DNA of 64,000 nt from Camelus dromedarius (Eukaryota). The stretch lies in the NCBI RefSeq assembly GCF_036321535.1, contig NC_087436.1:41232001-41296000 (forward strand), read 5' to 3'. Of this stretch, positions 51,060-64,000 are shown in pieces (position 1 is the stretch's first letter; every line of letters begins with the position of its first letter). A model generated the notes under the pieces. It did no database searches, was not told the DNA's origin, and saw only the letters and a program-made list of their open reading frames with translations. A program made the translations under genes and the position numbers.

Positions 51060-51256
51060 ATCTCTTTCAAAGTGTGGTCCCCAAAACAGCAGCATCAGAA
51101 TCACCTGAGAACTTGTTAAAAATGCAAAATTTTGGCTCCCACCGCAGACCACTTGAATCTGAAGTTCTGGGAGTGAAGGCCCACAATCTGAGTTCTATCA
51201 AGCTCTCCAGGTGATTCTGGTAAAAAAAAAAAATAATAAGGTCTATGAACCATTGC
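51060..51256. mobile_element. MER5A hAT-Charlie DNA transposon fossil
   Basis: tttcaaagtgtggtcccc...cagcagcatcagaatcacctgagaacttgttaaaaatgcaaa...tctccaggtgattctg...gaaccattg. Confidence 0.9.
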
Positions 51257-51427
51257 TCTAAGACACTGTCTTCCATCTTTTTGGCACATCATTCTGATAT
51301 ATTTTATAGTCATAATATTTAGTGCATGAATAGGCAGACATTGGCATTAAATACCAAAGACTTTGAAGGAGTGCCAGAACACTGTTATAATAATAAAATT
51401 TTCTCTCAGGGACTGAATCCTTATCCA

Positions 51428-52370
51428 TCTTGGGTTAGGTTGCTCAAAAATAGACTCTGAGGGAGAGATTTATGTGTTGGTGATTTAATTATGGCATATC
51501 CTGAGGAACCACACCTATGGAAGTAGTCTTGGGTGAGGGAGAAATCAAACTACAAAGCAGTCATATCTTCACCCTCAGATAATTATACCAGAGCTCTAGA
51601 GATGGGATGATTCTTCCAGAGGTATATTAATTAGAAAAAAGATGCTCAGGCCTTTCAAAACTCCCCCACTCCATAAAGAAGCTGTGGTATATTTATACAA
51701 TGGAATACTATTCAGCCATACAAAAGAATAAAATAATGCCGTTTGCAGCAACATAGATGGACATGGAGATCGTCATTCTAAGTGAAGTAAGCCAGAAAGA
51801 GAAAGAAAAACACTGTATGATATCACTCATGTGCGGATTCTAAAAAAAAAAAAGACACAAGTGAACTTATTTACAAAACAGAAACAGACTCACAAACATA
51901 GAAAACAAATTTATGGTTACCAGGGGAGAAAGGGGGTAGAAAGGGATAAATTGGGGTTCAAGATTTGCAGATACTAACTACTATATATAAAATAGATATT
52001 CAACAAGTTTATACTGTATAGCACAGGGAACTATATTCAATATCTTGTAGTAAGCTATAACGAAAAAGATTATAAAAAGGAGCATGTCTATGTATATGTA
52101 TGACTGAAACATTATGCTGTATACCACAAATTGACATTACAGTGTAAACTGACTATATTTTAATTAAAAAAAAAGTATTTAAAAAATAAAATAACAACAC
52201 CTCTCCTGCTCCTCTCCAATCAGCCACTGAACTTCAGTTCCCCTCTGGGAGGACCAAAATACTGTTGAGGCAGCTCCCTTCATCTGATTACTGGAAAGGG
52301 ATTCAGCTATAAGCTGTGCAGCCACTCTCACTAGTGGAGACATGCTTAGGGAACCATAGTGTCCATGGCT
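51428..52370 (-). mobile_element. LTR16-family solo LTR split by a younger L1
   Basis: tcttgggttaggttgctcaaaaatagactctgagggagagattt...agagctctagagatgggatg; resumes after the L1 with gaggcagctcccttc...agggattcagctataagctg. Confidence 0.7.
51673..52195 (+). mobile_element. Young artiodactyl-type LINE-1 3' end
   Basis: ataaagaagctgtggtatatttatacaatggaatactattcagcc...ctgtatagcacagggaactatattcaatatcttgta...gtaaactgactata followed by an A-rich tail. Confidence 0.9.
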
Positions 52371-53699
52371 TAGACCTCATTCCCTAAGTGGTTACAAACA
52401 CATGTTTTCTTTCTACACACATGTTCTCTTTGTTTTCATTTTTGTTTTTCCCCAAATCAATTTTCTGAATGAAACCAAAAAGGGATACATATTTAGGTGA
52501 GTAAATGGTGGATAAACTGAAACTTTTATAAAATTATTGAGATGTTTATAATTTATATCAAGTTGAAGTCAATTCCAATTATTCATATATGAAAATGCTT
52601 AGAGCTTTTAATCTAAAATAATATAAAAGAGGAGATGAAATAAAAACTATTAGTTAAAATTAACAGCACTATGAACAAATATTTATAACAGGGTTATTGA
52701 CAGATTTCTATTCACAAAAAGATGTTTCTGGTAAATATCTTAAATTGTAGACCTGGTTACCTGGATGAAAAAAGTAAATAAAATAAAAATAGAAAACATG
52801 ATCAAGTTGAGAATCTTTCCTAGGAAATACTAGAAAAGTGCAAAACTTGTTACATTTCTGATCTATTTTACTCATTAGAAATGTATCATTCAGTGACAAG
52901 TGTTATTATATTTTTGAGCAACAGATCAATTTATCATTTTAGCATTTTTCTAATAACATCTCTGATTGCATTTGTGATCTCTACTAAAACTTTAACTTCT
53001 TATGTTCTCCACCTACTCCTGGATTTTTTTATTATGGATATTTTAATGAAGCATCATTAGTCTTGCACCATAATTTCAGGATGTAACACATCTATATGTC
53101 AATATACAACAACCAAAATGAAAACAAAACCAGTCAACTGATGAGTTAAGATATCTTAACTAGCTCTGCTTCACTAAATAAAGTTGTGAGTTTAGGCCTG
53201 AGAAACTAGAACAAGATCAATGAATCAGGCATTCCTGAGCAACATAATATTTAGCATTTACACTAGACTTGGGGCTTATCTTTTTCAATCTTTGTAGAGG
53301 GCTCTTTAGTTCAAGTTGTGAAGGTCCCAAAGGCATATTTCCTATGTACAAATGCTACTGAATTAAGTAATAAGAAAGATGTCACTAAAATCCTATAATG
53401 GCATGATAATACATGGACAACAATTGAATTCTCAACCTTTAACTCATTTATTATAATGCTGCTGGGACAGAAGTGCCATTTTCAAGAAGACTCATCTACA
53501 TAATTACTCGGAAATAGGTACAGTAAATATGATGAGCTTAAAACCAATTTAAGGACAAATGGATCATGCAATTGATGACATAAAAGAACCTTTTAATATA
53601 ATTGTAATTTGAGAAACATTCCATTACATTAATACCTAAAATTCTTAAAGAGGAACCTAGTATTTCATTTCCTTTGTTTCTTTATTTCACTGTCATAAC

Positions 53700-55900
53700 T
53701 TTTTATTATATGATTCGAAACTTACAGAAAAGTTTTAAGAAAAGTACAAAGATAAATACTTTTACACAGATTAACAATTGGGTACATTTTCCCCATTGGC
53801 TTCTCTTTCCCTGTCTCTGTCTATGTCTTAACACAAAAACACAAAAACACAAAAATTTGTGTGCACAAATGTACCCTTGCTTGCACAAGCGCACATGTGC
53901 ACGCACACACACACACACCCCTACACAAAAGCCTCACATGGCTTCCATAAGAATGAATTTGTTACCACATTTTAATTAATAGTAATTAAATAATACCACT
54001 CCCCAACAATGAAGTTCAGATTTCAGCTTCTGTGGAATATTAACTGTGTATGATTGCACAAAGTATAAACTTTGCTGCTAGCTCATCAGTCCCACAAATA
54101 ACTACATAAATAACACATGTACATCATGATCAGTGACTAATCATATCATTTCTTTCAAAGTCTGTCAGTATTCTTTTGCTGTTATCTGTATTCAACTCAT
54201 TCACGAACAGAAAAGGGTATAGCTGTGTCACTTTCTTATCGCCCAGTGATAAACCCATGTGACATTTTATAAAAATGAATTATTGAAAGAGGAAACTGGC
54301 TGACAAAGTTGAAAGTGCAACAAATAAATGAAAAGTGGTAATGCTAGAGTGAAATTCAAATTGAACATAAATGGAGTCATGGAAGAAACAGAAACCAACC
54401 AAGGGGATGTTGATTCCATTGACATTTGAGAGACTAGGTATGCAGCTAGAGGGAGTTAGTGAAGGCAAACTTATGGACATAAATGAGGCAAACAGTTACA
54501 ACAAAAAAGATGATGATGCTCTGGAAGTGATGCTGGTAAAAAAAAAACAGTCACATTAAAGGAACTCTCAGAGATATTTCACAATATTGGAAGTGCAAAG
54601 GATTAAATATTAGAAGCTAATCCTTACTTAAGAAGCAGAATAGTAATTCCCTAAGGTAGAAAAAAGGTGCACACATGTAAATTATAGTGGAAGAAGAAAG
54701 CAAGCAATATTCAAATTTACCTTGGTAAGTTTTACATTATAAAGTAAAATAATTTAACTGTAAATGTTTCTAACATTTTAAATTACAATGTTTAAAATAA
54801 ATATCGATTTCACTTACTTTAATTTCCCTATACATTATAACTGAAACTATAACATTATAACTGAAAATAAGATAATTTTTTATGTTTTGATAAAAATGTT
54901 AAAGGTCACAGAACATAGTAAATTTTCCCACTGATTGTTAAGATGGCTTTGCATGATTTCAGTTTGCACAGTTATTTTTATAGACTGACACAAGTAGACA
55001 AAGGGAAGGGTGACATTTGAGAACAGGCTGGAAATATGCTCATTTACCCGTAAATATTTCCATGTGTTTTTTCCCTCAAAGTCCTTGGTCCAAATATGCA
55101 ATGTATTTATCACAACACTGTTATTGAAGTCATAAAATTTGATATGATAACAGTATTATTATCTAATTTACAGTACATTTTAATTTTAATTGTCTCAAGG
55201 TACAATATGGAACTATACTTTTTTTTTTCCAGCTCAAGATCCAATTTTAGCCCATGCATTGCATTTAGTTGTTATGTGTTAGTAATCTCCTTTAATCTGG
55301 AACATTTCCTCAGTCTTTCTTTGTCTCTTCTGATTTTGACAGTAATTTTAGAAAATGTTCCTCTATTTGGATGTTTCTTATAATCCTTTATGCTTCAATT
55401 GAGCTTATACACATTTTGGCAAAAATGTCTTTTCAGATGCATCACATCAGGAAGAAAGATATTTGTTTTATCTCATTAATGGTGATGTTAGTTTTAGTCA
55501 TTTGATTAAGGAATTACTCTCAGGGTTTTCCCACAGTATTGAAGTCATTTTCCCCTTTGTAATTAATAAGTAATAATGGAGAATCCATTTGAAACTAAGA
55601 AAATACACTGTTTCTTAACTTTTCACCCACTGATTTTAGGATTTTTTGAATATACAGTTAGCACTCTACCTTAAGTTTTTTTTTTTTTTCTTCTCCTCTA
55701 TCACTGACATACTTACATAAACAAGGACTTTTGGCTTTTTTAATCCAATGGGTTATATACATTCTGTCATTGTGTATTTTGACACATTGTCCCAGATTAG
55801 GTGAGAAGGAGTCTGTTTAAGATGGCTTCTTTGTGTTTTACACATTTCTTTGAGCATTTCATTAGTATTTAGAGCCAAAAAAATGCTGCAAATATCTCAG
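53700..55900 (-). mobile_element. L1MC-like LINE-1 3' UTR interrupted by a Tigger element
   Basis: aaacttacagaaaagttttaagaaaagtacaaaga (3' tip), later cattgcatttagttgttatgtgttagtaatctcctttaatctggaacatttcctcagtctttc and acattgtcccagatt. Confidence 0.65.
53925..54990 (+). mobile_element. Tigger (TcMar, Tigger6-like) non-autonomous DNA transposon
   Basis: catcatgatcagtgactaatcatatcatttctttcaaagtctgtc; cccagtgataaacccatgtgacattttataaaaatg; ORF 54371-54559 GMQLEGVSEGKLMDINE resembles a Tigger transposase C-terminal remnant. Confidence 0.7.
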
Positions 55901-56029
55901 CCTTAAGATGGAGGAGTTCTTTATGTATTCTCAATATGTTATTTAATTGCTATGTGTTTTACAAATATTTAGCATTTGTTTTTGTCTACCTTATTTCTCT
56001 ACTTGATAGTGTCTTTTGATTAATAGAAG

Positions 56030-56098
56030 TTTTTTTTATTGAAGTATAGTTGATTTACAACATTGTGTTAATTTCTGGTGTTCAGCATAGTGATTCAG

Positions 56099-56162
<64 letters not shown>

Positions 56163-57570
56163 CTTTCCATATCTTTTTTCTCATTATAGCCCATTACAAG
56201 GTATTGAATATAGTTCCCTGTGCTATAAAATAGGACCTTGTTGTTTACCTAATTTATATATAGCAGTTAGTATCTACAAATCTCAAACTCCCTATTTATC
56301 CTCCCCCCAGCCCCCACTTTCCCCCTGGTAACCATATTTTCTATGTCTGTGAGTTTATGTCCTTTTTTTTTTTTCCAATTCTACATATAAGTGATATCAT
56401 ATAGTACTTTTCTTTCCTTCCTGGCTTACTTCACTTAGCATGACAATCTCCAGGTCCATCCATGTTGCTGCAAATTATTTTGTTTTTATGGTTGAGTAGT
56501 ATTCCATTATACTTCCTATCCAGTCATCTGTTGATGGACATTTAGGTTGCTTCCATGTCTTGGCTATTGTAAATAGTGCTGCTATGAATATTAAGGTGCA
56601 TGTATCTTTTTGAATTAGAGTTTCCTTCAGGTATATGCCCAGGAGTGGGATTGTTGGATCATAGGGTAAATCTATTTTCAGTTTTTTAAGGAATCTCCAT
56701 ATTGTTTTCCATAATGGCTGCACCAAATTACATTTCTACCAACAGTGTAGGAGGGTTTTCTCCACAGTCTCTCCAGCATTTATCATTTGTGGATTTTTAA
56801 TGATGGCCATTCTGACTGGAATGAGGTGATACCTCATTATAGTTTTGATTTGCATTCCTCCAATAATTAGTGATATTGAGCATTTTTTCATGTGCCTATT
56901 GGCCATTTGAATGTCTTCACTGTAGAACTACTTGTTTAGGTCTTCTGCTCATTTTTGGATTGGGTTGTTTGTTTTTTTGTTATTAAGATGTATGAGCTAT
57001 TTATATATCCTGGAAGTTAAGCCCTTGCTAATCACATCATTTGCAAATATTTTCTCCCATTCCATAGGTTGTTTTTTGTTTTATTTTTGGTTTCCTTTGC
57101 TGTGCCAAAACTTACAGGTTTAATTAGGTCCCATTTGTTTATTTTTGCTTTTATTTATTCTGCCTGGGTAGGCTGCCCTAGGAGAACATTGCTAAGATTT
57201 ATGTCAGATAATGTTTTGCCTATGTTCTCTTCTAGGAAGTTTATCGTGTCTTGTATTAAGTTTAAGTCTTTAAGCCATTTTGAGTTTATTTTTGTGTGTG
57301 ATGTGAGGGAGTGTTCTAACTTCTTTGATTTGTATGTGGCTGTCCAACACCACTTGTCAAAGAGACTGTTTACTCCATTGTATATTCTTGCCTACTTTGT
57401 TGAAGATTAACTGACCATAGGTGTGTGGGTTTACTGCTGGGCTCTCTATTCTGTTCCATTGATCCATATGTCTTTTTTTGTGCCAATATCATGCTGTTTT
57501 GTTTACTGTAGCTCTGTAGTTTTGCGTGAAGTTTGAGAAAGTTATTCCTCCAGCTTTGTTCATTCTCTTC
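56030..57570 (-). mobile_element. Young artiodactyl-type LINE-1, 3' ~1.5 kb
   Basis: ORF 56475-56726(-) [31 protein letters not shown]...IFIAALFTIAKTWKQPKCPSTDDWI; 3' tip ttttattgaagtatagttgatttacaa. Confidence 0.95.
56100..56160. repeat. Compound (TA)n(CA)n microsatellite inside the L1 3' UTR
   Basis: Read directly. Confidence 0.95.
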
Positions 57571-57574
57571 CTAG

Positions 57575-58680
57575 CTTGCTCAGGAATTTTATCAAGAATG
57601 GATGATAAATTTTGTCAAATTAATATTCATCTAGTAAGATAATCATACTATTTATTTTACTGTATCACATATGGTAAAATACATTACATAATTTTTGAAT
57701 GTTAATGCAAATTTATTTTTCTGGGAAAAATAGCATTTAGCCATGATATATCATCCTGTTTACATATTTTAAAATTTGATTTGCCTATACTTTGTTAAGG
57801 GTTTATGCTTGTATTGATCTATAAATACTGCATAGCACATTTATCCAGTGTTTGTACCATACTAATGCTGACTTCATAAAAATAATGTGCATCTTCCCCT
57901 CCTTTCTGGAAACATTTTCTTTATTATTATTTATTTTAGTAAACTATTTGGCAAACTATTTGGTCCAGGTTTTTGTGGAAATATTTTTTGATAATGAATT
58001 ACATTTTCTTTAGCAAAAATAAGGTTTTAAAATGTTCCACATATCTTAAATTCATATTCCCTAAGTGGTGAATTTTTTGTCATAAAGTGGTCCATATATT
58101 ACTCCTTCTCTCTCCCTTTCTCAGTAGTGTTAGCAGTCTATTAATTTTATTCATCTTTTCAAGGACTCAACTTTTGTCTTTGTTAATTTTCTTTATCATC
58201 TGTCTATTATCTATTTCATAGATTTTTGCTCAATCTTCATTATTGCACTAATTAACACATTAACGTTACTAACTGAAACCTAACTGAAACCATGAGTAGG
58301 AATGGTACTATTTTTCTGTTTCACTGGAGTGGGATGGTTATTGCCAAAATGGTTTGCTGTTACTAGATTACCATTTTTCCTCATCATTTTGCTAGAGCAT
58401 AAAGGCTTTCTCAAACCTTTTTTCTTTTGTCTGTCTTTCATCATTTCAGGGGTTCAGGCTTCTTTAGAGCTTTGCCTGCTATATATGAAAGACAATAAGG
58501 GTGCCCAGGGAACTCATCACCATTTCTTTTTTGAAGTCCTGAGGTCTATAGGCTGTCCAACTTTCTTTTTCCAACATTCAGAGTCTTCTTTGCTTGTTAC
58601 TTTGTTATGCCTAGGCATCTGTGATTGTATGAGGGAGGATCTTGCGGGAATGCGGCTACTTCATTTGGTGAAATGTACTC
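57575..58680 (-). mobile_element. Old LINE-1 fragments (ORF2 pieces and an L1M4/L1MB-like 5' UTR)
   Basis: aatggatgataaattttgtcaaa; ttttattcatcttttcaaggactcaacttttg; ttttccaacattcagagtcttct...ctacttcatttgg resembles a reversed L1 5' terminus. Confidence 0.55.
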
Positions 58681-58699
58681 TAGCTTCTTTATATTTCCA

Positions 58700-60010
58700 C
58701 ATTTATTCTAATATTCTATTATGAAAGTTTTCAAAAACAAAGGTGAAAAAATTTAGAATGAACATTCAATCACCTTTTACTAATCTTTACTATACTTGCT
58801 TTATCACATTTTTATAGATCTTGCTATTCATTTACCATTTCATGTTTCTTTTTTGATATCTTTGTAAGTAAATTTCATGAAATACAAACATTTTAGCATA
58901 CATATTGTTTAGCAGAGTTAAATATTATTGCATAGAATTTTAGGTAAAATTTACATGCAACATACAAATCTTAAGGATACATATTCAGAGTTTTGACAGC
59001 TGCATACATATTTAGTGACTTAAATTCTTGACACAATAAAATAATATTACTATCACCTCAGAAAGTTTCCACATGTCCTTTTCTGGTCAGTCACTAGTCA
59101 TTACCCCAGAAGCAATCTCACTGTTCTATTTTTTTTGACCATAGATGAATTTTGCACTATGTGAGAGAGGAATTCAACTTGTTTTTATAAGACTTCTTTC
59201 ACTCAATACAAAGTTCTGAGATTCATTTGTCTGATTACATATATCACTAGTTTGTTTCTTTACATTTTTATTTAATTGTATAAATATACCGCAGGTTTTG
59301 TTTATCAATCCCATATGATGGACACTCGGCTGATTTCCAGTTTTGGGATATTATGAGTTATGCTGGGCTTTTTGTTTTCATTTTTATTTCTGCTTTTGTA
59401 TGCACACATTTTATTTATCTTTATAAAAGCCTAGGAGTGAGATTGCTGGTTCGGAGTTTTGTTGTGTATATAGGTGCACTATATTAAAAAAAAAAAAACA
59501 AAACCTGCCAGAATATTTTCCAAAGTGACTGTAACATTTTACAACTTCAGCAACAAAAATTGAGCACGTTAGTATTCCCTGTATATGTCAGCATTTTATC
59601 TTTTCAGTGTTTTTAATTTTAGCCATTTGGTGGGTTTGGTGATATCTAACTGTAGTTTCAGTTTACAATGTCCTAAAACTAATAAGGCTAAAAATGTTCC
59701 ATGTTCATTGAACATTAGTGAACTCTTTGTAAATATCATCTAAACATTTTCCCCATGTGTTTATCAATTTTTTTTATCTTTTTATTACTGAATTTTAGGA
59801 GCTCTTTCATATGGTATATGAATATTTACTTTCAACTTGTGGAATGCTTATTTATTTTCTTGATGGTATATTTTGATTAACAGAAGTTTTTAATTAAAAG
59901 TCTATTTTATCATGTATTTATGTGTATTTATGTATATTGCATTTTTTACTTATCTAAGGAAAACTCTTTTTCCCCTAAAGCCACAAGATATTATTCTATG
60001 TTTTTCTTTA
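58700..60010 (-). mobile_element. L1MD-like LINE-1 3' end
   Basis: tattatgaaagttttcaaa; atacaaatcttaaggatacatattcagagttttgacagctgcata; gcctaggagtgagattgctggttc; ttttgattaacagaagttttta. Confidence 0.75.
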
Positions 60011-61199
60011 AAAATATTAGGTTTTGTTCACAAAGCAATAAATATTTTCAAGAATATATGTTACAAGTACTAAAATAGACAAAAAAGGAGCATCCACACA
60101 TTCAGTGAACCAATAATTATGAAAATCTGCTATGTATCAAGCAGTATGTTTTAGCTATAAAAAACTTTTAGATTAAAAACTGAATTAAAAATGCACTTTC
60201 TGTCAGAAAATCTAAAAAAGTGGCAAATTTTTTTTCAAAGAAGGAATAAATATGAGGAGCTAAGGTTAAAAATCATAGTTTGCTGTTTAACCAATAATGC
60301 CTCTAGATTTTGCTTTTATCAAGGTCACTGTAGATGACATCCCCTGAACCCTATTAAGTTTTCAATGGAGACTAAAAAGTACTGATATATTAAGTTAATT
60401 TTACCCAAATACAATTTATAAAGTTTAATATACAATATAAAATGAGAATATAAATCCATTGTTAAAATATATATTTCTATGTATTCCTGGAAAATACTGA
60501 AACAGTAGAATAAAAGATTAATGGCTATTAGAAATAATGGCAATCAAACTATTCGTGTATGAATGGTTTATGTATAACGTACATATTTGTAAATTATATA
60601 AGCTATGTAAACCATGATTTTTTTCTACCTAACAGGTTATTGCTAAGTTGTACTGAAATGTTCCCAGAAATTTCTGTCATTCTTGAGGATGTTGTAAACC
60701 AGAAGAAAAATTTCCCATACGAAATAGTTTTCTTCAAACATCTGCTGCCAAGAAAGTTTGTTTGGAGCTTGTGATGATGGATGAATTTTTGACAGGTAAT
60801 TGCAATTCAGATCAGATGCAGACAGATTTAGTACCTAAAAGCTTCTAGTTTATTAAAATCACCATTGATTTATTTAGCACTCCTTCTTCCCTCCAAACTG
60901 TCTTGCATTTTAACACTCTTTGGGAATTAATAATTTAGCTATGATACCTATAATTTATACAGTTCATTGAAATATAATAGATTTTTCTTGATTCTGCAAA
61001 CAAAATCTTAAATAGGGAAGTACTCGAAAATTAAGCAATATTCTTGTATTATAAAACCAAAAAAATGGTATTTTTTACAACTATGCTTATCTATAATTTG
61101 TCATTAAACATTTCCAATTTGTTATGCAATGTTTCATCTAACAATTGATTAAGCTTTTGTGAGCAGATAAGACAAGCATTAGCCACCACCTTCTTTTTC

Positions 61200-61615
61200 T
61201 TACGTTGTTTTCTGGAAAAATGACTCTGAGGTAGAGATTTGCACATAGGAAATCTACTGGGGGATCTCTTATGGGTTAACTCCTGAGGGAAGAGAAGGAA
61301 GTAAGGTTGGGTAGAAGGAAGAGTTGAATGATGATTCAGTTTCAACAAATCTCAGTAGAGCCTACAGAGACTTCTGGAACCGTGATGGCTTTAACATAAA
61401 ATGGCCAGATCTTTATACTGTTCTCCTCCCCGCTTACAGACCAGTTAATGGATATGTGTTCCCTATGTAAGGAGGAAGATATGACCTTGTGTGCTGCAGC
61501 TATGCAGTGAGCCACTTAACTGAGAGCCATCAGACATGCAAGTACCCTGCTAATGCAGCTGACAAAGGAAATGCCTTAGTCTTAAAGGGAAACCTGGGCA
61601 GTGGTATAGTGTGTG
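61200..61615 (-). mobile_element. LTR16-family solo LTR
   Basis: gactctgaggtagagatttgcacataggaa...gggtagaaggaagagttgaa...gaccagttaatggatatg...gtcttaaagggaaacctgggcagtg. Confidence 0.7.
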
Positions 61616-61899
61616 TCTGTGTGCATGTGTTTGTGTGTGTGTGCTAAATTAATTTAAGTCAGCATTGTTGTTATAAGTCATTTATATGCAAGTATGTAAA
61701 TATATGCCATTTAAAAGAATAGTAACCTTAGCAGACATGCACCCACTGTATTACCAACACATTTGAAATCATCTCTGTGGTCACATCATCTCTTCAATCA
61801 CAACAACTACCATTTTTCTCTAGAAACAATTTCCTATGTTTTACTTATTAACCATATCTTATTGTGATTCCAGTAGCAATTCTCTATGATACAATAGTT

Positions 61900-62250
61900 T
61901 AAAAAATGATTGTGAAAGACACGGGGCAATCTTTGATCATATGACTAAATTTTAACTAATGGGATGTCAGCAGGAATATTACGTGATACTTTTAGGTAGA
62001 TTCCTAAATCTGAAATGGCTTGAATGTAGACTTGATGGCTAGAACTTCAACAGCCATCTTGGACCATGAGTCTAAGATACCATGAATCCTTAGAAAAGAG
62101 CATATTAGGTTAAATAAAGCAATGAGTTAAAGGAAGTCTGGCGGTCTTAACACTTTAGAATGCCATATCAATCCTATACCAGTTACATCAAGACATTTTT
62201 TATAAGAGAGATATACATTTCTGTCTTATTTCATCCTCTCTTTTGGTGTG
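61900..62250 (+). mobile_element. Old MLT1 (MLT1J/K-like) LTR
   Basis: gatcatatgactaaattttaactaatgggatg; tgatggctagaacttcaacagccatcttggaccatgag. Confidence 0.65.
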
Positions 62251-62805
62251 TGCATATGTATGTGTATGTGGCCACCCATCAGTCTAATTATCTAATTATG
62301 TTGTTCAAATCTTCTCTATCCATAATTGATTTTTTTTAAATTTCTTTTTCAATTCTATCATAGTTCAACTTTACATTTAAAAAAATAAAGTTTTGGTATC
62401 TATGTAAGGGACTTAGAACTTTTTCTAATTTTGTTATAAATGGGATGCTCAGTATTTAGTGTTTTTCTTCTTATAATTTGGTTTCAGGGAGCAAATACAG
62501 TACAATTTGCTTCACTGTAACATCTACAGGAAAATTTTGAGTTGACTTTTAATTCACTTTTGAATTCTCCCTTATCACATGAATACCTATTTCATTTTAT
62601 TTCCTCCTTCTTTATTTTAATACCATTGATTTATCATCACATCTTGGGGGCCTTTTATTTGATCCTTTTTCTTTACGGCTTTATGGTACTTTCCATGCAT
62701 GCCTTGTTCCTAATTCACTTAATAAAAAAATTTTGATAAGAACACATAACATGAGAACTGCTCTCTTAAATTTTTAAGTGTACAGCACAGTATTGTTAAC
62801 TATAA

Positions 62806-63285
62806 TCAGAAATGAAAGATAAGATGTTGCAATTAATGCCACAGAAATAAAAAGGGTTATAAGAGACTATGAACTATATAACAACAAATTAGATAACCTA
62901 GACACAAATTCCTAGAAACATACAACCTATCAAGAATGTATCATGAAGAAACAGAAAATTTGAACAGACCTTATCTAGTAAAGAGTCTGATCAATAATCA
63001 AACATCTCGTAACAAAGGAAAGCCCAATACCAGATGGCTTCACTGGTAAATTCTACCATACATTTAAAGAAGAATTAATGCCAATCCTTCTCGATTGCTT
63101 CCCCAAAATCGAAAAGAGTAAGCACTTCCAAATTTATTCTAAGAGGTGAGCATTATTCTGATACCAGAAACAAAGACACTACAAAAAGAGAACATTATTG
63201 GCCAGTATCACTGATGAATGTTGATATAAAAATCCTTAACATGATACTAGCAAATCAAATTCAATAGCACATTAAAGGGGTAATA
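62806..63285 (+). mobile_element. LINE-1 ORF2 fragment (Z region to RT start)
   Basis: caacaaattagataacctaga; agcccaataccagatggcttcactggtaaattctacca (SPIPDGFTGKFY); tggccagtatcactgatgaatgttgatataaaaatccttaac ([13 protein letters not shown]). Confidence 0.9.
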
Positions 63286-63361
63286 AACTTTTACAGATTA
63301 CAGTTTCCTGAAGTTTTCTTTTGCCCTCAGAAGGAGGTCTTTTTCGGAAGTGTGTTTATTT

Positions 63362-63785
63362 ATTTATTTTTTTTATTGAGTTATAGTCCATTTACAAGGT
63401 TGTGTCAATTTCTGGTGTACAGCATAATTCTTCAGTCATACATGAATATACATATATTCATTTTCATATTCTTTTTCACTGTGAGCTACTACTATTGAAT
63501 ATATTTCCCTGTGCTATACAGTATAAACTTGTTTATCTATTTTATATATATCTGTCAGTATCTGAAAATCTTGAACTCCCAGTTTATTCCTTCCCACAGA
63601 CCACCCCCCTGGCAACCACAAGTCTGTATTCTATGTCTGTGAGTCTGTTTCTGTTTTATATATAAGTTCATTTGTCTCTCTTTCTCTCTCTCTCTTTTTT
63701 TTTTAGATTCCACGTATGAGTGATATCATACGATATTTTTCTTTGTCTTTCTGGCTTACTTCACTTAGAATGGCATTCTCCAGGG
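63362..63785 (-). mobile_element. Young 5'-truncated LINE-1 3' UTR with TSD
   Basis: ttttattgagttatagtc tip (same type as 44485-44603); agtgtgtttattt at 63349-63361 and 63786-63798. Confidence 0.9.
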
Positions 63786-64000
63786 AGTGTGTTTATTTTC
63801 TGAACTCTATGAATTCTGCTTTATTTTCCTTATTTTATAAGCCTTATTCATTTTTCTCTTATTTATCCTCTTACGATGTATAGACTATTAATCTATGTTG
63901 TTTTGAAAACTGCCCTTGGCTTAGGTTTCTTGTAAACATGTAAGAGCATCCCATTCTCAGAAGAGCTCATTTGTGGAACTGCAGGTTGATCCAATGATCT

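Noticed and set aside
51655..52215. TSD around the L1 inserted in LTR16
   Set aside because: Flank similarity (aaaactcccccactcc vs acacctctcctgctcc) is too weak to call.
54371..54559. Tigger-derived gene (TIGD-like)
   Set aside because: Short remnant in an internally deleted element; no DDE domain or long ORF.
58302..58724. Longest ORF in the track (140 aa)
   Set aside because: Phe/Leu-rich with no recognisable domain; lies antisense to an apparent old L1 5' UTR.
1..64000. CRISPR array, operon, defence system or other novel multi-gene system
   Set aside because: The sequence is mammalian repeat-rich non-coding DNA; no regularly spaced repeat-spacer array or gene-dense region is present.

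Overview
AT-rich, CpG-poor mammalian non-coding DNA (gene desert or deep intron). A tRNA-derived SINE resembling camelid Vic-1 (26438-26564) points to a camelid host. I see no credible host protein-coding gene, RNA gene, CpG island or prokaryotic-type system. The ORFs I can assign are decayed L1 ORF2, ERVL protease or Tigger fragments, and the rest look like chance ORFs. A large part of the window is layered transposable-element debris: L1 of many ages, L2, MIR, MaLR (MLT1), MLT2, LTR16, two ERVL internal relics, an ERV1 pol+LTR relic, several ERV1 solo LTRs, MER5A/B and a Tigger. The most interesting observations are structural: a deeply nested ERVL provirus, complementary ERVL halves in permuted order, an L1 with a twin-priming-type inversion and composite tail, a fold-back hairpin inside an L1, and a well-preserved MER41-like solo LTR with TSD, tandem U3 repeat and TATA box. 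I did not find a previously undescribed biological system. Family names come from remembered consensus sequences rather than a database search. Boundaries of old elements are approximate (tens of bp).
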